64,000 nucleotides of DNA from NCBI GenBank assembly GCA_030770535.1, contig JASVEC010000002.1, positions 1,054,001 through 1,118,000 on the forward strand, read 5' to 3'. The DNA is from Batkoa obscura (Eukaryota). Position numbers and translations under genes: made by a program. Positions 48,261-63,398 of this stretch are shown here, one piece after another. Within the stretch, counting starts at the first letter, position 1; the number at the start of each line of letters is the position of its first letter. The notes under the pieces are model-generated. The model was not told where the DNA came from. It worked only from the letters and a program-made list of their open reading frames with translations, and did no database searches.

Positions 48261-49499
48261 AGATCAGAAGTGACCAAGAAAAACTCTGCGTAGATTAGTA
48301 CATAGCGCTTTTTCAATGCCGCTTTAGTATAAAAATTGGCGTTTAAAATAATTTCAATATTTTATAAAGCTAAAGCTTATTTTAACAGCTCCTATTTTTA
48401 ACCACTAGGACATCTTAAAAAGCAGTTTAGGCTTAATTTTCAAGTCCTAGCTTTTTTTACGATTGAAAAAGACAGTATAATCAGAAAAAAACCAGAAAAT
48501 TAATGAATTAAACTAGCTCGTTTTTATAAAGCAAAATTTAATAATCTGATAACTTTTGCTTTTTTTCCACTAGATATTGGGTATCTATCCTCCATATTAT
48601 TGCTCATTTTAATTCTTTTGTCCATCTACTTTTGGGTCTCAACATCTATATCTTGATATGACTCAGTTTCACTAGATATATTTATAGCATGAAAAAATGT
48701 ACAAAACAAGTGTCATTAGCTTTTACCTCTCTCATTGTTTGTTCGTGGTAGCGTCATTATTATAACACCTTGAATGATTAGGATAAGAGTTGCTTTTATT
48801 TGAGTTACTCATTTTATGTTGGTATCGTAATAATTAAGTAGAACTTATATGAGATAGTTTATATGCGTATCTTTTAAAAATTTAGTTATTAAAATAATAA
48901 ATTACACTGGATTTTATTTTATAGCATTTATGCATTTAAGTAGGCTTCCATTTACATATGATTAGTTATCTCAAGTTTTAGATTTTAGACTTTATTCCAT
49001 ATGCTTTTATTGATAGGTAATTTATACACTAAATTGAAAAAATCCAAATGTTTGTAATATTTACAATGTTTTTTATAGTTCGTAACAAACAATACGAATA
49101 AAAGATAATGAACTATAGATTTGAAACCATAGTTTAGTTTACCTTGATAGCTATCTTTTGTTTACTTTAAAAATTTAACTGATATACCAAGAGCTCTTGT
49201 AAATTGGTCGAGTTTATTTTGGATGAAGCTGTAAAAAGAACATGAATGCTGAAATTGAAATGGTGTATGCTTTGTTAGTACACTACATTGATATCTATGT
49301 TATTTATTTATATTAGCTCTTAAAGTTATAATATCATCATAATAAAGATACTTAAAAAAGCTTCAAGACAATTTTAGGATTAATAGGTTTATTGATATAA
49401 TAAAAAAAGCAATAACAATTGATTTGATATTATCATAATAAATAAATTCAACAATTTTAAAAGATCATATTACAGCGTCAATCACCTTTCGTTAAATCC

Positions 49500-50945
49500 T
49501 ATCAGAGATCTGCTTCTCTCCAAAGCTAGCTGAATCTGTTAACAAGATATCAATGTAAGCTAAAATTTACTCATTAAATCCAAAATCTCTGGAATCTTAC
49601 TGATCAACATGTGGTCAATAGGAACTGTGCTCCTCTTATTCTTAGTTCCCTTTAACTCAAAGTCGACATCAAAATTATAGTCACATTTAAAATCAATCTT
49701 ATAATATTCATAGCCACTATGTCTATTTTCAATGAATTTAGGTTTAGTCACTCTGTTTTTAGGCCTTACGAACTGAAGCTTGTTCCCTAGTTGCAACTTG
49801 AGCTCTTCCTTCTCCGACTGACATATGCTCTGTACTTTAGTTAACGCTTTTTTAAAAGAATATTGCATTTTGGATTTTGATCAGAATATAGTTGACTTAT
49901 CTTCCATTTGTAGTCTATTTATACTTTCTGTACTTTTTTAATTAAAATTTATTTTAATTTAGATAGTATAAATATTTAAATTAAATGATATCATTTGTTA
50001 ACTAAAAAATAAATAAGAAATTGCAATTTCTAAAAGATGGCAAAATACTAACACATTTGATTTATTATAAAGCCATATCTAGTTAAAACATAAACTACAT
50101 AACCAATGATGTTTACTACTATTTAATTTAAAATATTTGATCTTTTAAGTTTACTATTGTTAATTGCTTCTACCTCAATCCACCCGTTTTTTGTAGCCCC
50201 TCTGCTTAACTTCATTTATTAGCTTGTTATACATTTACTGCCGTTAAAGCCTATTAACTATATACTGATAAAGTAAGAATACTTTTATATTTATCTTCAA
50301 AAAAGGCTTGAACCCATTAGGAAAGCGTTTTGTTAAATTAGGTTAATAGGATTAAAAAGTCTCGACTTCTAATTTATTGTAGGTTTCCTTATGTTTCAAT
50401 AGACACAAAATTTTATAAATTGTAATATTTATCGTTGTATGACACTTGTACTCCAAAAGGAAATAGACCTTTGTCCATTATTGGCTAGATGATATAAAAT
50501 ATATCATATTCTACACCTATGGTTAGACTTTTAAAACAGTAGTATGATATTATTTTTTGTTGTGTAGTGATACAAATTATATCTCCATCCTTGTTTCCAG
50601 TTATTAAATTCCTGTTTTTTAATAACCGAAATAGCCCCTTTTTAACAGTTGCATTTATTTTTCTTTTAGAAATTAAACTATATCCTGTCTTATTACAAGC
50701 CATTGTTATTATAAATATAATGCTGATAAGTTTGCTATCCTTCCCTTCTGCTTCTATTTTAATTGTATTATACACTATTCTTCTTGAACATAACAACTAG
50801 CAACAATTCTATTTGAGTTATTTTTTAAAGTTTATTAAGTTTCTAACTTTAAACTTTATTTTAACCACCATTTTAATCAATAACTTGGGGGCGGGTTTAA
50901 AAAAAGTACTCTATCAGAATAATAATTCTAGGCATTTTTCAAAAT
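49500..50945. repeat. Direct segmental duplication copy 2
   Basis: Partner of 46337-47725. Confidence 0.8.
49560..49868 (-). pseudogene. Orphan family B paralog, C-terminally truncated
   Basis: TAG where the paralog has CAA (KFQ). The downstream residual ATTGATATCTTGTTAACA matches the paralog's IHISLT after a 1-nt shift. Confidence 0.6.
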
Positions 50946-51173
50946 GAAGTTGGGAAGAATAATATAATATATAGTTGAATAAGCAAAGCAATAAAAAATG
51001 GACTTTAAAAAGTTGAAATTCAAATGCATTTGTATTATGAAATAAGTTAATATCTCTATTTACTAAAAAATAATTGAAAGTGTTAGTTTAGGTATTTTAC
51101 CCATCCTTCAAACGTCTTAAAATTTTGAAAAAAACGTATTTCTATAATTTACTTGAACCAAGAAATAAGATAT

Positions 51174-51265
51174 GAGGATGTGTTTTTTTAAGAATTTTAC
51201 TAATAACTTTTCCGCTCAAATAGTATTTAAAATGGAAAAAGTAATGAAGCTAAAAAAATATCCCC
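51174..51265 (+). mobile_element. MITE copy abutting the 955-bp inverted repeat
   Basis: Family match, ATAT on both sides. Confidence 0.9.
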
Positions 51266-52220
51266 ATATTTAAACAATGTAATCAAATATAACAAACTAC
51301 TTGTATAGTTATATCTCGTGTGCCTGATTTAGTATCATAGATATCACATAAGGGGCCCAAAAGCAAGGTGTTAGATGATAGATGTGTGGATTTGATAGTT
51401 GTGGTTTGGCACTCTTTTTTAAAGATTCAGTAGAAGTATCTAGTGAGCTTTGGATGTATTGCTTTTTGGGCTTCAAGTAGATTGGGATTCCTTTTGCGAA
51501 TTTGATGGGATTTAAGTCATATTAATCAATTGAATGCACATGCATTAGAGATAAGGGGATTTACAAAGACGTGGCCTAATGAAGTCGTCCTGGTAAATGT
51601 ACAATGTAGAGTATTATTATTTCTTTTATAGTGATTTTCGGTTTGATGTGGACCTATCAATTATATAAAATGAGAATTGAATTTGGGATCTGGTTAGTTA
51701 ATATGCTCAAAGGCAGATTTTCTAAATTTTTGCCTAAATATTAATAGTTCTTTTTAATTATTTGGTTTGATTTGGTTTGATTTGGTTTGGTAATATTAAA
51801 ATAAGTTTTTCTATTTTTTTTGTTTTTTTATAATGTCATATAGTAATCTAGTTTATAAAACTATGCTAAATATAATATATCATATTACGTTACATACTTC
51901 TATGAGGATATAATAATAGAGTATTTCAAAAAACTTTTTGGAAGTTTAATTTATCTATATAGAGCATCTCAATTCTCAAAAATATGTCCAAACGAAACGT
52001 ATGGGTGTATAAACTCTGTATAAAAGTGTTTATAAGTGAGGATGAGCACTTGTGAAGTAGCTTTCTACGCATCAAGTCCTCTATCTCATTGTTTCTGAGC
52101 GTTAATAAATTACTTTCAAGGATTTTTACACTATACTATTTAAGTGGAGATTATATTTACTATCGAATTAAACTCTTCATAATTGACAAAATAATACAAT
52201 AAATATAATGAACTATAAAC
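51266..52220 (+). repeat. 955-bp inverted repeat, left arm
   Basis: Reverse complement of 60918-61872; about six mismatches seen by eye. Confidence 0.95.
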
Positions 52221-53091
52221 AATACTATTAAAATTGATAATAGTGATATCTTTTTATAAATAGTTTAGTTTATAAAGTAACTCGATTTTACTTGCTGTAA
52301 AGCAGCAGCTAAAGGAAAAGAGCTTTAAGGCATTATTTACAGATAAGTTGATCTAAGAACCCAGACTGTAAAAGAATAATAGAAATCATAAAGGTTTAAG
52401 AAACAGAAATAATGAAAGAGGAATCAGCTGATAACTTTTGAGACTTTGTTAAAGTGGAGAACAATATGATATTGAGATTATAAAATCGGATTTTGGTTAT
52501 CAAAAACTAATAGTTTTCAAAACTATTGTCGGTTTTATTAATAACTTCAATTCGGCATGAGTCTAATATAAGGACTTATTTATTTGCTATTTAATTTGAT
52601 AAACTCAATAAAACACTTTTATAAGGCTTATAAAGAGAACTCCGATGATCAAGAAGCAAGAACTGGATGTAAAAATTAACATTTAGCTAAAATATTAGAA
52701 AGCTTCAAAATCCGAAGAGAGAACTAATCTATGTGCTATTTGATCTTATTTCTATCATTCAATTATTCCGATATTTGAAATACTATTATTTTTATAATAA
52801 AAGAGTTCAATATTATTGAACTTTAAACTTATTATAGTTTATCGATAATATATAATACTACTACTAATCATTTTGCCATCTCTCATTCTAAAATGGACAA
52901 AGTTTTTAAATTTCCCCATTGGTCCAATCGTTGGGAATTAACTCTCATGAATCTCCGCTCAACATCCAAATTAGTTAAACTAGTCCCACTATTGACCAAT
53001 AAAACGCTTTAAACTGCTCTTTTTTTTCCAAAACTCCTTTAAAATCAAAAAAACAATCCCCATCACCACTTTTCATTATTTTAGATAATAA

Positions 53092-53750
<659 letters not shown>

Positions 53751-54112
53751 AGTAAGATAGTTTGATGAGATATTAAAGAGTTATTATAGTATATAATATT
53801 GATTTTTTATGGTCTAAATTTTATTTGATAGCATTTATAATTGTGTCTTGTTTAATCATATATATTCTTATTTTCTAATATTCCAATTTTTACATAACAA
53901 ACATAAGAGTTTAGAACAAAAAGAACATAATCACTTAATTAGTTGATAACAAATAAATGGTTCTTACTATAAATGGAAAGTGTTAATAGAACAACAATAA
54001 ATTTTAATATTTAAGAAAAAACTCAAAAAAAATCAAAATTACTTTTTAAAAAAAATAATTATTTATTGATTTTTAATTCTTTGTAAGAATTAGAATCAAA
54101 GTTTATTTATAA

Positions 54113-56540
54113 ATGGCCAGTTTAAGTGAGATTATAAGAAAAAGTGAGTATAGCTATTTTATTAATACAATAATTAACTAATTAAACAATGTAGAATTCT
54201 TATCCAGTGTTCAAGAGGCTAGTACTTACGGCCATAAGTTAAAGCGAGTTATTATGGATCATGAAAGTTATTCTTTATATTTAAGAGTACTACCATCGGA
54301 AGCGTTATTGGACTATAATATAGTAGATATTAGTTTAATAGACTTACATACAAATTGTCAAGAAACAATTGAAAGTAATAAGGGTTTTATTGGAATTTAT
54401 TTTTTATTCTCGATAGACAAAAGTTTTAACATGTTATTTGAACAATTTCCAATGAACAATGAAAGTGTATTTACAAAAGCACATTTATTTTTTTTGGGGA
54501 GTAAGTAAACTTTATTTGAATTATTTTATTTAGTTTATTAGATGATCTTCTTTATTTAGTTATACCACCTATAAGATTTTCTCAGTTAGCAAAAAGAGCA
54601 GATAAATATTGGTTAAGTTTAAAGGAATTAAATATAGATTATTATCGTAAGTTATATATTATTATTGTTGTTTTAAATATTTGTTAACATTTATTAATAT
54701 TTATTAATATTTATTATAGCCCTTGAGCCCAATTTATTTAGTTTTAATTTAAAAGATAGTTTTTTAATTAATTATAGTCAAAAAAAAGAGTATATAGATA
54801 AAAAAGTGTCCTTTGTTAATGATATTAGTAATAAAGTAAGCTTCATTTAATAATACAACTGATTCAAATACTAAATTTCTCCCTTCATAAGTTATACTCT
54901 CTTTGTATAACTTTAGGCCATAACCCCATTATTCAATATTCCAAAACCAAGAACTCAATAACAGAAGAAATCAGTAAAAAACTGCGATATGAATTAGATA
55001 ATTATATTATTGAAAATCCAGAATTTCCACCTATAATGAATCCCAATAAAGGGGTCAATGGTAATACTTCTTTATTTCATTTCCCAAGGCCAAAATTATT
55101 GATATTGGATCGATTGATGGATGTGTTTCCATTATTATTAGCTGATGGAAATTATCAAAGTATTTTACACGAAACTGAAAAGGTAGAAGACAATGTTTAC
55201 AAAGGGTAAGGAATTATTTATTATTATTATAAAATATGATTTATATGCTTAATCTTTTATGTTTTAGTGAAGAAGAAGACCAAAGTATTTATTTAAATCA
55301 TACCGAATTAATGATTAATAAATTAAAAGATATGAAATTAGCACAAGTAGAAACTTATTTAAGTAAAAAAAAGAAATCGTATCAATTAAAGTTACAACAA
55401 AATCAATTAACTACTAAAAATAATCAATTGCCTATTGAAAATATGAAAAAATTAATAATTAATATTAATGAATTTAAATTAGAAAAAGGAAGTTTAGAAT
55501 TTAATATTAAGCTATTAAAAAACAGTATTAAATGGAAAAATAGTATTAAATTAGATGAATTTATTAAATTACAAAAAAAATTATTTAAAGAGAAATCTTT
55601 AGATTTAGATTCTTTGCTATTGTATTTTTGTAATTCTAAGATTAATAATCAATTTAAATTTCGATTATTTTTAATATTAGTTTATTATTTATACTTAAAT
55701 CATTATAAAAAGAGTTATAGTCAAGAAAATAATAACAATAATAATAATTTAATGGATTTAAATACTTTTTTAACTTTTAATAATTTTAATCATTTACTTC
55801 ATTTCTTTCCATTAAATGAAAAGCAATTTTGCATACTAACTAATTTTTATAATTTATTAATAAGTAATAATATTAATAATAATGACATTACAAACATAAA
55901 TACGAATACAAACATAAATACAGATACAACTACAACTGATAATAAGGATGAAATCAAGGATAACAATAATAACACTCTATTACAAGAATATTTTCTATTA
56001 ATTGAACAATGGCTTAAAGAAAATATACCAACAGAAATCAATCTAAATTTATTATTTAATACTACAACTACTGTCTTAACTTCCGCCAAAACTTCCACAA
56101 CTTCTAGCTTCTCCAACTATAAAATCACCCAATTATTTCTAAATTTAATGACGAATAAATTAAATTTAATGAATTATCCTATTTATGGAGAAGACAATAA
56201 AACGAATATAAAAAATAAAACATTAAAAGTATATAAACCGTTATTTACCTATGGAAAAAAACAAACATTAATTCAACATAAATTACATCAATTAAGAGAT
56301 TTAAGAGTAACAATTGGGGCCAAGTATTCTTCTAAATATCAATTTTATTCAACCCAAAATGAAAATAATTTAACTAATTATCATGATATGATAATTCTAT
56401 TTTTAACATCCAATTTTACCTTTGTAGAGTACCAATTGTTATCTAAATTAGCTATTAATAATAACATATTATTATTATGTGGCACTAGTAATATGTGTAA
56501 TTTTGATCAATTTAATTATCAATTACAAAATTTAAATTAA
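54113..56540 (+). CDS. Highly divergent Sec1/Munc18-family protein, 6 exons
   Basis: Spliced: MASLSEIIRKKFLSSV..VIMD..GIYFL..KAHLFFL..SLKELNIDYY..LYSLCITLGHNPIIQY..KLLILDR. The C-terminal half is Asn-rich and weakly conserved (IILFLTSNFTFVE..LLLCGTSNM). Confidence 0.75.
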
Positions 56541-56576
56541 TTTAAATTAATATATATATAGTATATAAATTTAATT

Positions 56577-59500
56577 TTATTTCATAGTTGATTTTCGAAC
56601 CCCACCTTTACGTCTTAATGTAGAATCCCGTCTTAATGAATCCTCTTTTTCTTTTTTTTCTTTTCTTTTCTCTTCCCCATCAAAAGAGCCTCCTGTTGCT
56701 GATATTGGTGAAATAACTTGAAATTGACTTGGGTCTGGCATCATTGTTGGATTAAATCCATCAATTGTATTATTATTATTGCCGCTATTATTATTATTGC
56801 TGCTATTATTATTGAACATCATTAGAGGAACTCCACCCATCATTAACGGGGATAATATAGGATTACTTTTACGCAATTCTTTTTTATTTAAATAAGAATT
56901 GCTATTATTATTTAAGGTATCTCCAGGAGCAGAATAACCTCTTGACATATCCATTGAAGATTGTCTCAACGGATTAATTGGATTCTTTTTAATTTCTTGT
57001 GAAGAAATGGAACGTAATTCACTCTTCTGTTTGGTATTATTGTTATTATTTTGATCTAATAAATGTTCTACTGATATAGATGGTTGATTACTATTGTTAC
57101 TATAATTCGATTTAGGTTTTAATTTATTTAAAGAATTATTACTACGATGATTAGGTAAGGGCATTGGCATTGTTATACTTGCTGGTAATGGTATATTATT
57201 ATTCTCTTCATTATTCTTTATATTCTCTTGTAATATACTTCTTGTATTATTATTATCGTTCGTTGAATACCTTGATGGAGTTGATGGTAAATAATTAATT
57301 GATTGACTATTGTTACTACTATTAGAAGATGTTCTTGATGGTGTAATTGATTCTTCTTTATTACTTAATTGTGATTGTGGTCTTGATGGTAATACTGGCG
57401 GCATATTAGGTTGATTTGAGTTATTTATTGTATACTGTGATTGTGGTCTTGAATTATTGTTATCATTATTTATACTATTATTTATACTATTATTCATACT
57501 ATTATTACTATATTGTGATGATGGTCTCTTTGGTAATATTGGTGGCATATTTGGTTGATTAGATGTATTTATTGTGTATTGAGATGATGGTCTAGCTACA
57601 TCATTTAAATTACTTGTAATTGTAATAGGTTCATTAGTGCCTATCTTTGGTGGAGTGGTTGATGGCATTTGAGGCACATTACTATTATTAATAATGTTAT
57701 TGTCCTTTTGTGGACTTGGACTTGGACTTGGTAATATTGTATCTGATTGTTCATCTGCTAATTCAATTTCAATTGTATTAAAATCAAAAGACAGCATATT
57801 TTTTAACTGGTCTAAATATAAAGTTGGTGTTGAGATATGTGTAGATCCAATCAATATTTCTTGTTTATATTTTTTACTAATATCATAAGCCTCTTTAATT
57901 TCAGTATATGTTATGCCACCTGCCATAAATATTATAATTTTTCCGTTATTATTATTATAAATTGATAAAGCATCTTCTTCAAAAGTGTCCATACCAAATG
58001 GTATTGATTTGTCTTTTGTTGTTGAATTCGTATTATCTTGTATTCCATTACTTGTTGCATTATTCAATGTGTTTGATTTACTTTGTATTCTCTTTTTTTT
58101 TTTTGCCATTTAGGCTGGGATACTCTTAATCCTTTTTTAGCACTTAGTTGATTAATTAATTCCAGTTTATCTTCTTCATTAGTAAATGGAAACTCCATAG
58201 GATTTAATCTTTTTTTACAAGCTAATGTTAATACTTTGCTAATCTCACATTTATATCGACTTAATGCATATAATTCTTCTTCTTCTTCTTCTTTTTCCTC
58301 TTTTTCATTCTCTGATTTATTATTCCAAAACAAAGAATATATATAACTAGTTGTTACTTTAGGTGCTTTTAATGGCTTATTATTTAATAAATGAGTAATG
58401 TTAGTCACTGCCATTCGATCGTAATCACTTAAACCAGCATGATTAATCAATTTTCTTAAACTTGATTCTGAAGGCAAATAATCGTTTGTTGAATGTCGAT
58501 CAAAATATAATAAATAACAAATAATTAATCTTAATTTAGCTCTAATAGGTACTTGTAACGAATTTAGCAATGGAGCAATTATAGCTAATGGATTAGTGAT
58601 TGTATTACCCTCACTATCAATATTCATAGCTAAATCTTGTTCTGCTAATATACATTTTTCAACTAATCCATTTGATATTATATCCAAACATTTATTAGCT
58701 AGATTGATATGAACTGAATATTGCTTGGCTAGCATTTGTAACTCTGGTACAGCTGATACAATATCTCTCATTTCTTTAACACTAGGTAATTTATTTTCAC
58801 TTGATTCATTGTTTCTTCCCATTAAATTAGCAGCTGCTGCATTATTATTACTTAGCTCTTTTAATTTTTTCAATAAATAATCGCTAACATCTGCTATATG
58901 ATGGTGCTTTAACTCATTCCATAAATTATCGCTATCACTTAATATAACTTCTTCTTTCTTCTCTTCCCCATGTCCATTGATGAATGTATGTCTAATTTAA
59001 TTTGTAAATTAATTGATTGTAAAGTCATTATAATAATTACTTACTCATGTACCCTTCCATCTTTAAGTGGTAGAAAGTCATTAACTAAAGCTTGATATGT
59101 AATAGAATGCATAATAGGAGCTAATAAATCTGTTGATCTATCTAAAAACAACCAAATTGGTCTTTGTTGATTATTACTATTTTCCATTGTTGTGGCTGCT
59201 AATTCTGGATTTTCTAATAAATAATTATCAATACATTGTTGAAAATTGGTAGCTAAGTTTTGAGCCACATTTAGACTGCCTTCTACCATAGATTGATAAC
59301 GGATGATGGGAATTTCTTCTAAGGTGAGGACAATAGAAAGGAGCTAAAATTAAAACATTAGCTATATATTATGTTTTATATTGTTATTTTTTTATTTGAT
59401 TACCTTTTTACTTATTTTTAATATTTCCGATTCAAATAACGTTTTATTTCCTGCATATAAACAATAAAAACTATCTTCCATATTCAAAGAGAAAGTCTTC

Positions 59501-60043
59501 GATTCAAAAGCTAAACAAATTAAAAAAATGCTAATTAATAACTTTTGTCAATAAAACAGTAGTCAGTTTAAAGCTTACGCATATAATCAATATACAATTC
59601 CTTTAAAGATTTCCAATATTTACTGACATTAGAAGATAATCTTTTAAATTCACTCTGCTTCACAGGAGCTAAAAAAAATAAATGGGCTTCTTTATACCTT
59701 CTATTCCGACTATCTTGAAAGTCCGATAATAGATAATCAATGTTTTGTTTCGTTGGTAAAATGAAATAAACAGCTACATCATTTTGACTTTTTGGTCTTG
59801 GGGTATGGATCATTTCTATTGCTTTGACGTTCAAGTTTAATAAGTCACTATCCTCACATACTATGCTATAGATTTTATAGCTCATGGCGTCCATGATTAC
59901 CACTTTCCATTCACCATCTTGACTAACCGAACGCACATTGGTTAGGAACTCTATAAGTTGAAAAGTTGTTAATAAAGGCATTAAGGTTGACTTCTAATTG
60001 ACATTGACTTACTCTCTCGAAATATTTCTTGAAATGAAACCAT
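56577..60043 (-). CDS. SEC1: Sec1-like SM protein, 5 exons, long low-complexity C-terminal tail; apparent frameshift in an A12 run at 58093-58104
   Basis: WKVVIMD, AVYFILP, AHLFFL, LKELYIDY, LDRSTDLLAPIMHSITYQAL, YSVHINLA, EQDLA, LSRY, IFMAGGITYTE, IGSTHISTP. Confidence 0.88.
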
Positions 60044-60917
60044 ATTTATTGTTTATAATTATATAGTCTTATTTATTTATTGTCTTTTTTTGAAAATAGA
60101 ATACAAAATGTAGAGAATATAAGAAATATAAAAAATATTGAAATTGATAATTAATTTTATGGCTAAATAGAAGTTCTTAACTATGAATTTTATTTAATTT
60201 GTCCATCTTTTTATGATGACATTTTTTATGCTCCTTATTTTTAGCTAAAATTCAAAAACAACGGAGTATTTTAATAAGGTAACAATATAATAATAAATCA
60301 GCTATTTTCAACTATTTTTATATTGTGTACTTATTTTATTTTTAAAAACTAGTTTAATAAGGCTCTTTCCCAATAGAAAACAATATTACATATTACTATT
60401 TTAAGTTCGATTTCAAATATTTAATTGAAAATTACCCATAATCCTTTTTATAAACGTATTATTTACATATTTAAAATGAAGATACTCCAAGCTATTATCC
60501 TTTATTAAAAACGGCCAGTATTAAACTGCAGCCTATCACTTTTATCTTTTCATTTGCCACAAGCTTACTAAAGCTATATTATTTTGAACGAATAACCTTA
60601 TACATTTTTACAAAATAAACCCATCTTTCTTCTACAGTTATCATTCAAATAGAACATCTGTTTTTCTCTAACTGACTATACTCAATCATCTTAGTCCGAT
60701 TTCTCAATACCTCTATATTCTCGCCATTATAAGAATAGGGATATATCACTTATCCTAGCTGGATTACAGAATTGAATTTAGAAAAAATTCAATCTTGTGA
60801 TTCCATTTCAAAGTGAAGCAATAATTGGTTGTTAAAGTGGAACGTTAAAGTTTGTAAGTAAGGCTGAATTGCTTTATGAATAAAATTAATTACATATTGT
60901 TAACTTTTATAGTCTTA

Positions 60918-61872
60918 GTTTACAGTTCATTATATTTATTGTATTATTTTGTCAATTATGAAGAGTTTAATTCGATAGTAAATATAATCTCCACTTAAAT
61001 AGTATAGTGTAAAAATCCTTGAAAGTAATTTATTAACGCTCAGAAACAATGAGATAGAGGACTTGATGCGTAGAAAGCTACTTCACAAGTGCTCATCCTC
61101 ACTTATAAACACTTTTATACAGAGTTTATACACCCATACGTTTCGTTTGGACATATTTTTGAGAATTGAGATGCTCTATATAGATAAATTAAACTTCCAA
61201 AAAGTTTTTTGAAATACTCTATTATTATATCCTCATAGAAGTATGTAACGTAATATGATATATTATATTTAGCATAGTTTTATAAACTAGATTACTATAT
61301 GACATTATAAAAAAACAAAAAAAATAGAAAAACTTATTTTAATATTACCAAACCAAATCAAACCAAATCAAACCAAATAATTAAAAAGAACTATTAATAT
61401 TTAGGCAAAAATTTAGAAAATCTGCCTTTGAGCATATTAACTAACCAGATCCCAAATTCAATTCTCATTTTATATAATTGATAGGTCCACATCAAACCGA
61501 AAATCGCTATAAAAGAAATAATAATACTCTACATTGTACATTTACCAGGACGACTTCATTAGGCCACGTCTTTGTAAATCTCCTTATCTCTAATGCATGT
61601 GCATTCAATTGATTAATATGACTTAAATTCCATCAAATTCGCAAAAGGAATCCCAATCTACTTGAAGCCCAAAAAGCAATACATCCAAAGCTCACTAGAT
61701 ACTTCTACTGAATCTTTAAAAAAGAGTGCCAAACCACAACTATCAAATCCACACATCTATCATCTAACACCTTGCTTTTGGGCCCCTTATGTGATATCTA
61801 TGATACTAAATCAGGCACACGAGATATAACTATACAAGTAGTTTGTTATATTTGATTATATCGTTTAAATAT
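60918..61872 (-). repeat. 955-bp inverted repeat, right arm
   Basis: Reverse complement of 51266-52220. Confidence 0.95.
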
Positions 61873-62408
61873 GCTATTGACTTTTTTACCTGGATTTTAA
61901 AATGTAATAGTACATATAGTCCTTAAATCTAGATAAAAAAAGTCAACAACATATTTAAAGGAACGATGTACTGAAGCATAATGAATGACTTTACAATGGT
62001 TGTTGAGTTTATAACATTTAACTGAATCTTGAGTATTTGAGAAAGTGTTTGAAAAAAATTAACAAATCTCTTATTTAGTTTTCTATGCTTAATGAATGAC
62101 ATTAATATTGATTTAGAAATAAATAACCAAAATTCAAAAAGATCCAAATTTAACAATTTAAAATTGGCATATTATTAGTTTTGACTATAATAAAAGTTTA
62201 TATCTATTAGTAGAAATTTATTAAAACGATATCAAACTTTTTTGCGACCATTTTTGCACAATCTAACAACGCATATCTAAGACGATATTTATTATATCAA
62301 GTAAAAACTATTGAAAAGACCTTCATTAAATAAAAGACAGAAATTTATTTCATATCTTTTAGATAAAGTATTTGGTTTATAATTTTAAACAAAGCATTAA
62401 CTAGATAT

Positions 62409-62507
62409 GGAAGTCTTTTTTTCGGCTTCATTATTTTTTCCATCTTTTAAGCGTTATTTGAGTGGAAAACTTGTTAGTGAAATTCTTAAACAAAAAAATA
62501 TATCCCC
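62409..62507 (-). mobile_element. MITE copy
   Basis: Family match, ATAT TSD. Confidence 0.9.
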
Positions 62508-62934
62508 ATATATTAAACTTTTTATTAGAATTCAACATTTTATATATATTTGGTATTCACTCTATAAAGTTTAAAGTATCAATATGTAGCATTTTGAGAT
62601 AAAAATAGATGAGCACACTATATTTTAAAATGTTCCAATCTTTTAATTTTAACTAACAATGTTAATATAAGTTAATAATGTTATACGATTAGTTGATACT
62701 GATGTATTCAATAACTCAATAGGGCACAAATTTTTTTATTTAATAAAAGTACATATTATTTATTAAACTTGCATTCAAATTGTTTAACGCAATTATCATT
62801 TTGTTCTATTCAAGCATGTAAGCTTGTTATTACATATCAAAACATTGCATATCGACTTCAATATTTTAATTGATTTAAACTACCTTATTTACTTCACTAT
62901 ATCATTCTGCAGCATTAGAAATTAAATACAATAT

Positions 62935-63030
62935 GGGGATTTATTTTCGTATTTAATAGTTTTAATAATTTTTCTGCTCAAATAGCGTTTTAAAGATGGA
63001 AAAAGTAAGAAACCAAAAAAAAACATCCTC
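62935..63030 (+). mobile_element. MITE copy
   Basis: Family match, ATAT TSD. Confidence 0.9.
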
Positions 63031-63312
63031 ATATAGTTATTCAGGTAAACTGGATCTTGAATCTACCATTTAAGTAGCTAAATTAAATAATAACTATATG
63101 TAAGCTTTCTTAGTACTTTAGAATTTTAACAATGTTTTGTATTTTTACCTAAAATTTTAAAATTAGCAAGTGATATATAATGATGCTATAAATTGCTTAG
63201 GCAACATTTAAAAACTAAAAAGATACATGAAAGCTACAATTATACTTATAGTGATATATTTCAATTTGCACACATACAGATTTTTTATTTTTTTTGTTTT
63301 AATAAAGTGTAT

Positions 63313-63398
63313 GAGTATGTCTTAAGTTTTAATTTTTCCATTTTTTAAATGCTGTTATGGAAAAATGTTAGTAAAATTCTTTAACAAAAGATATCCAC
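63313..63398 (-). mobile_element. MITE copy, degenerate
   Basis: ggaaaaatgttagtaaaattctt matches the family. Confidence 0.7.

Noticed and set aside
50485..50800. Overlapping ORFs 50485-50796 and 50567-50800
   Set aside because: Lie in the duplicated upstream block; no equivalent ORFs in the other copies.
52230..52760. Coding-like decayed stretch next to the inverted-repeat arm
   Set aside because: Multiple stops and no identifiable family.
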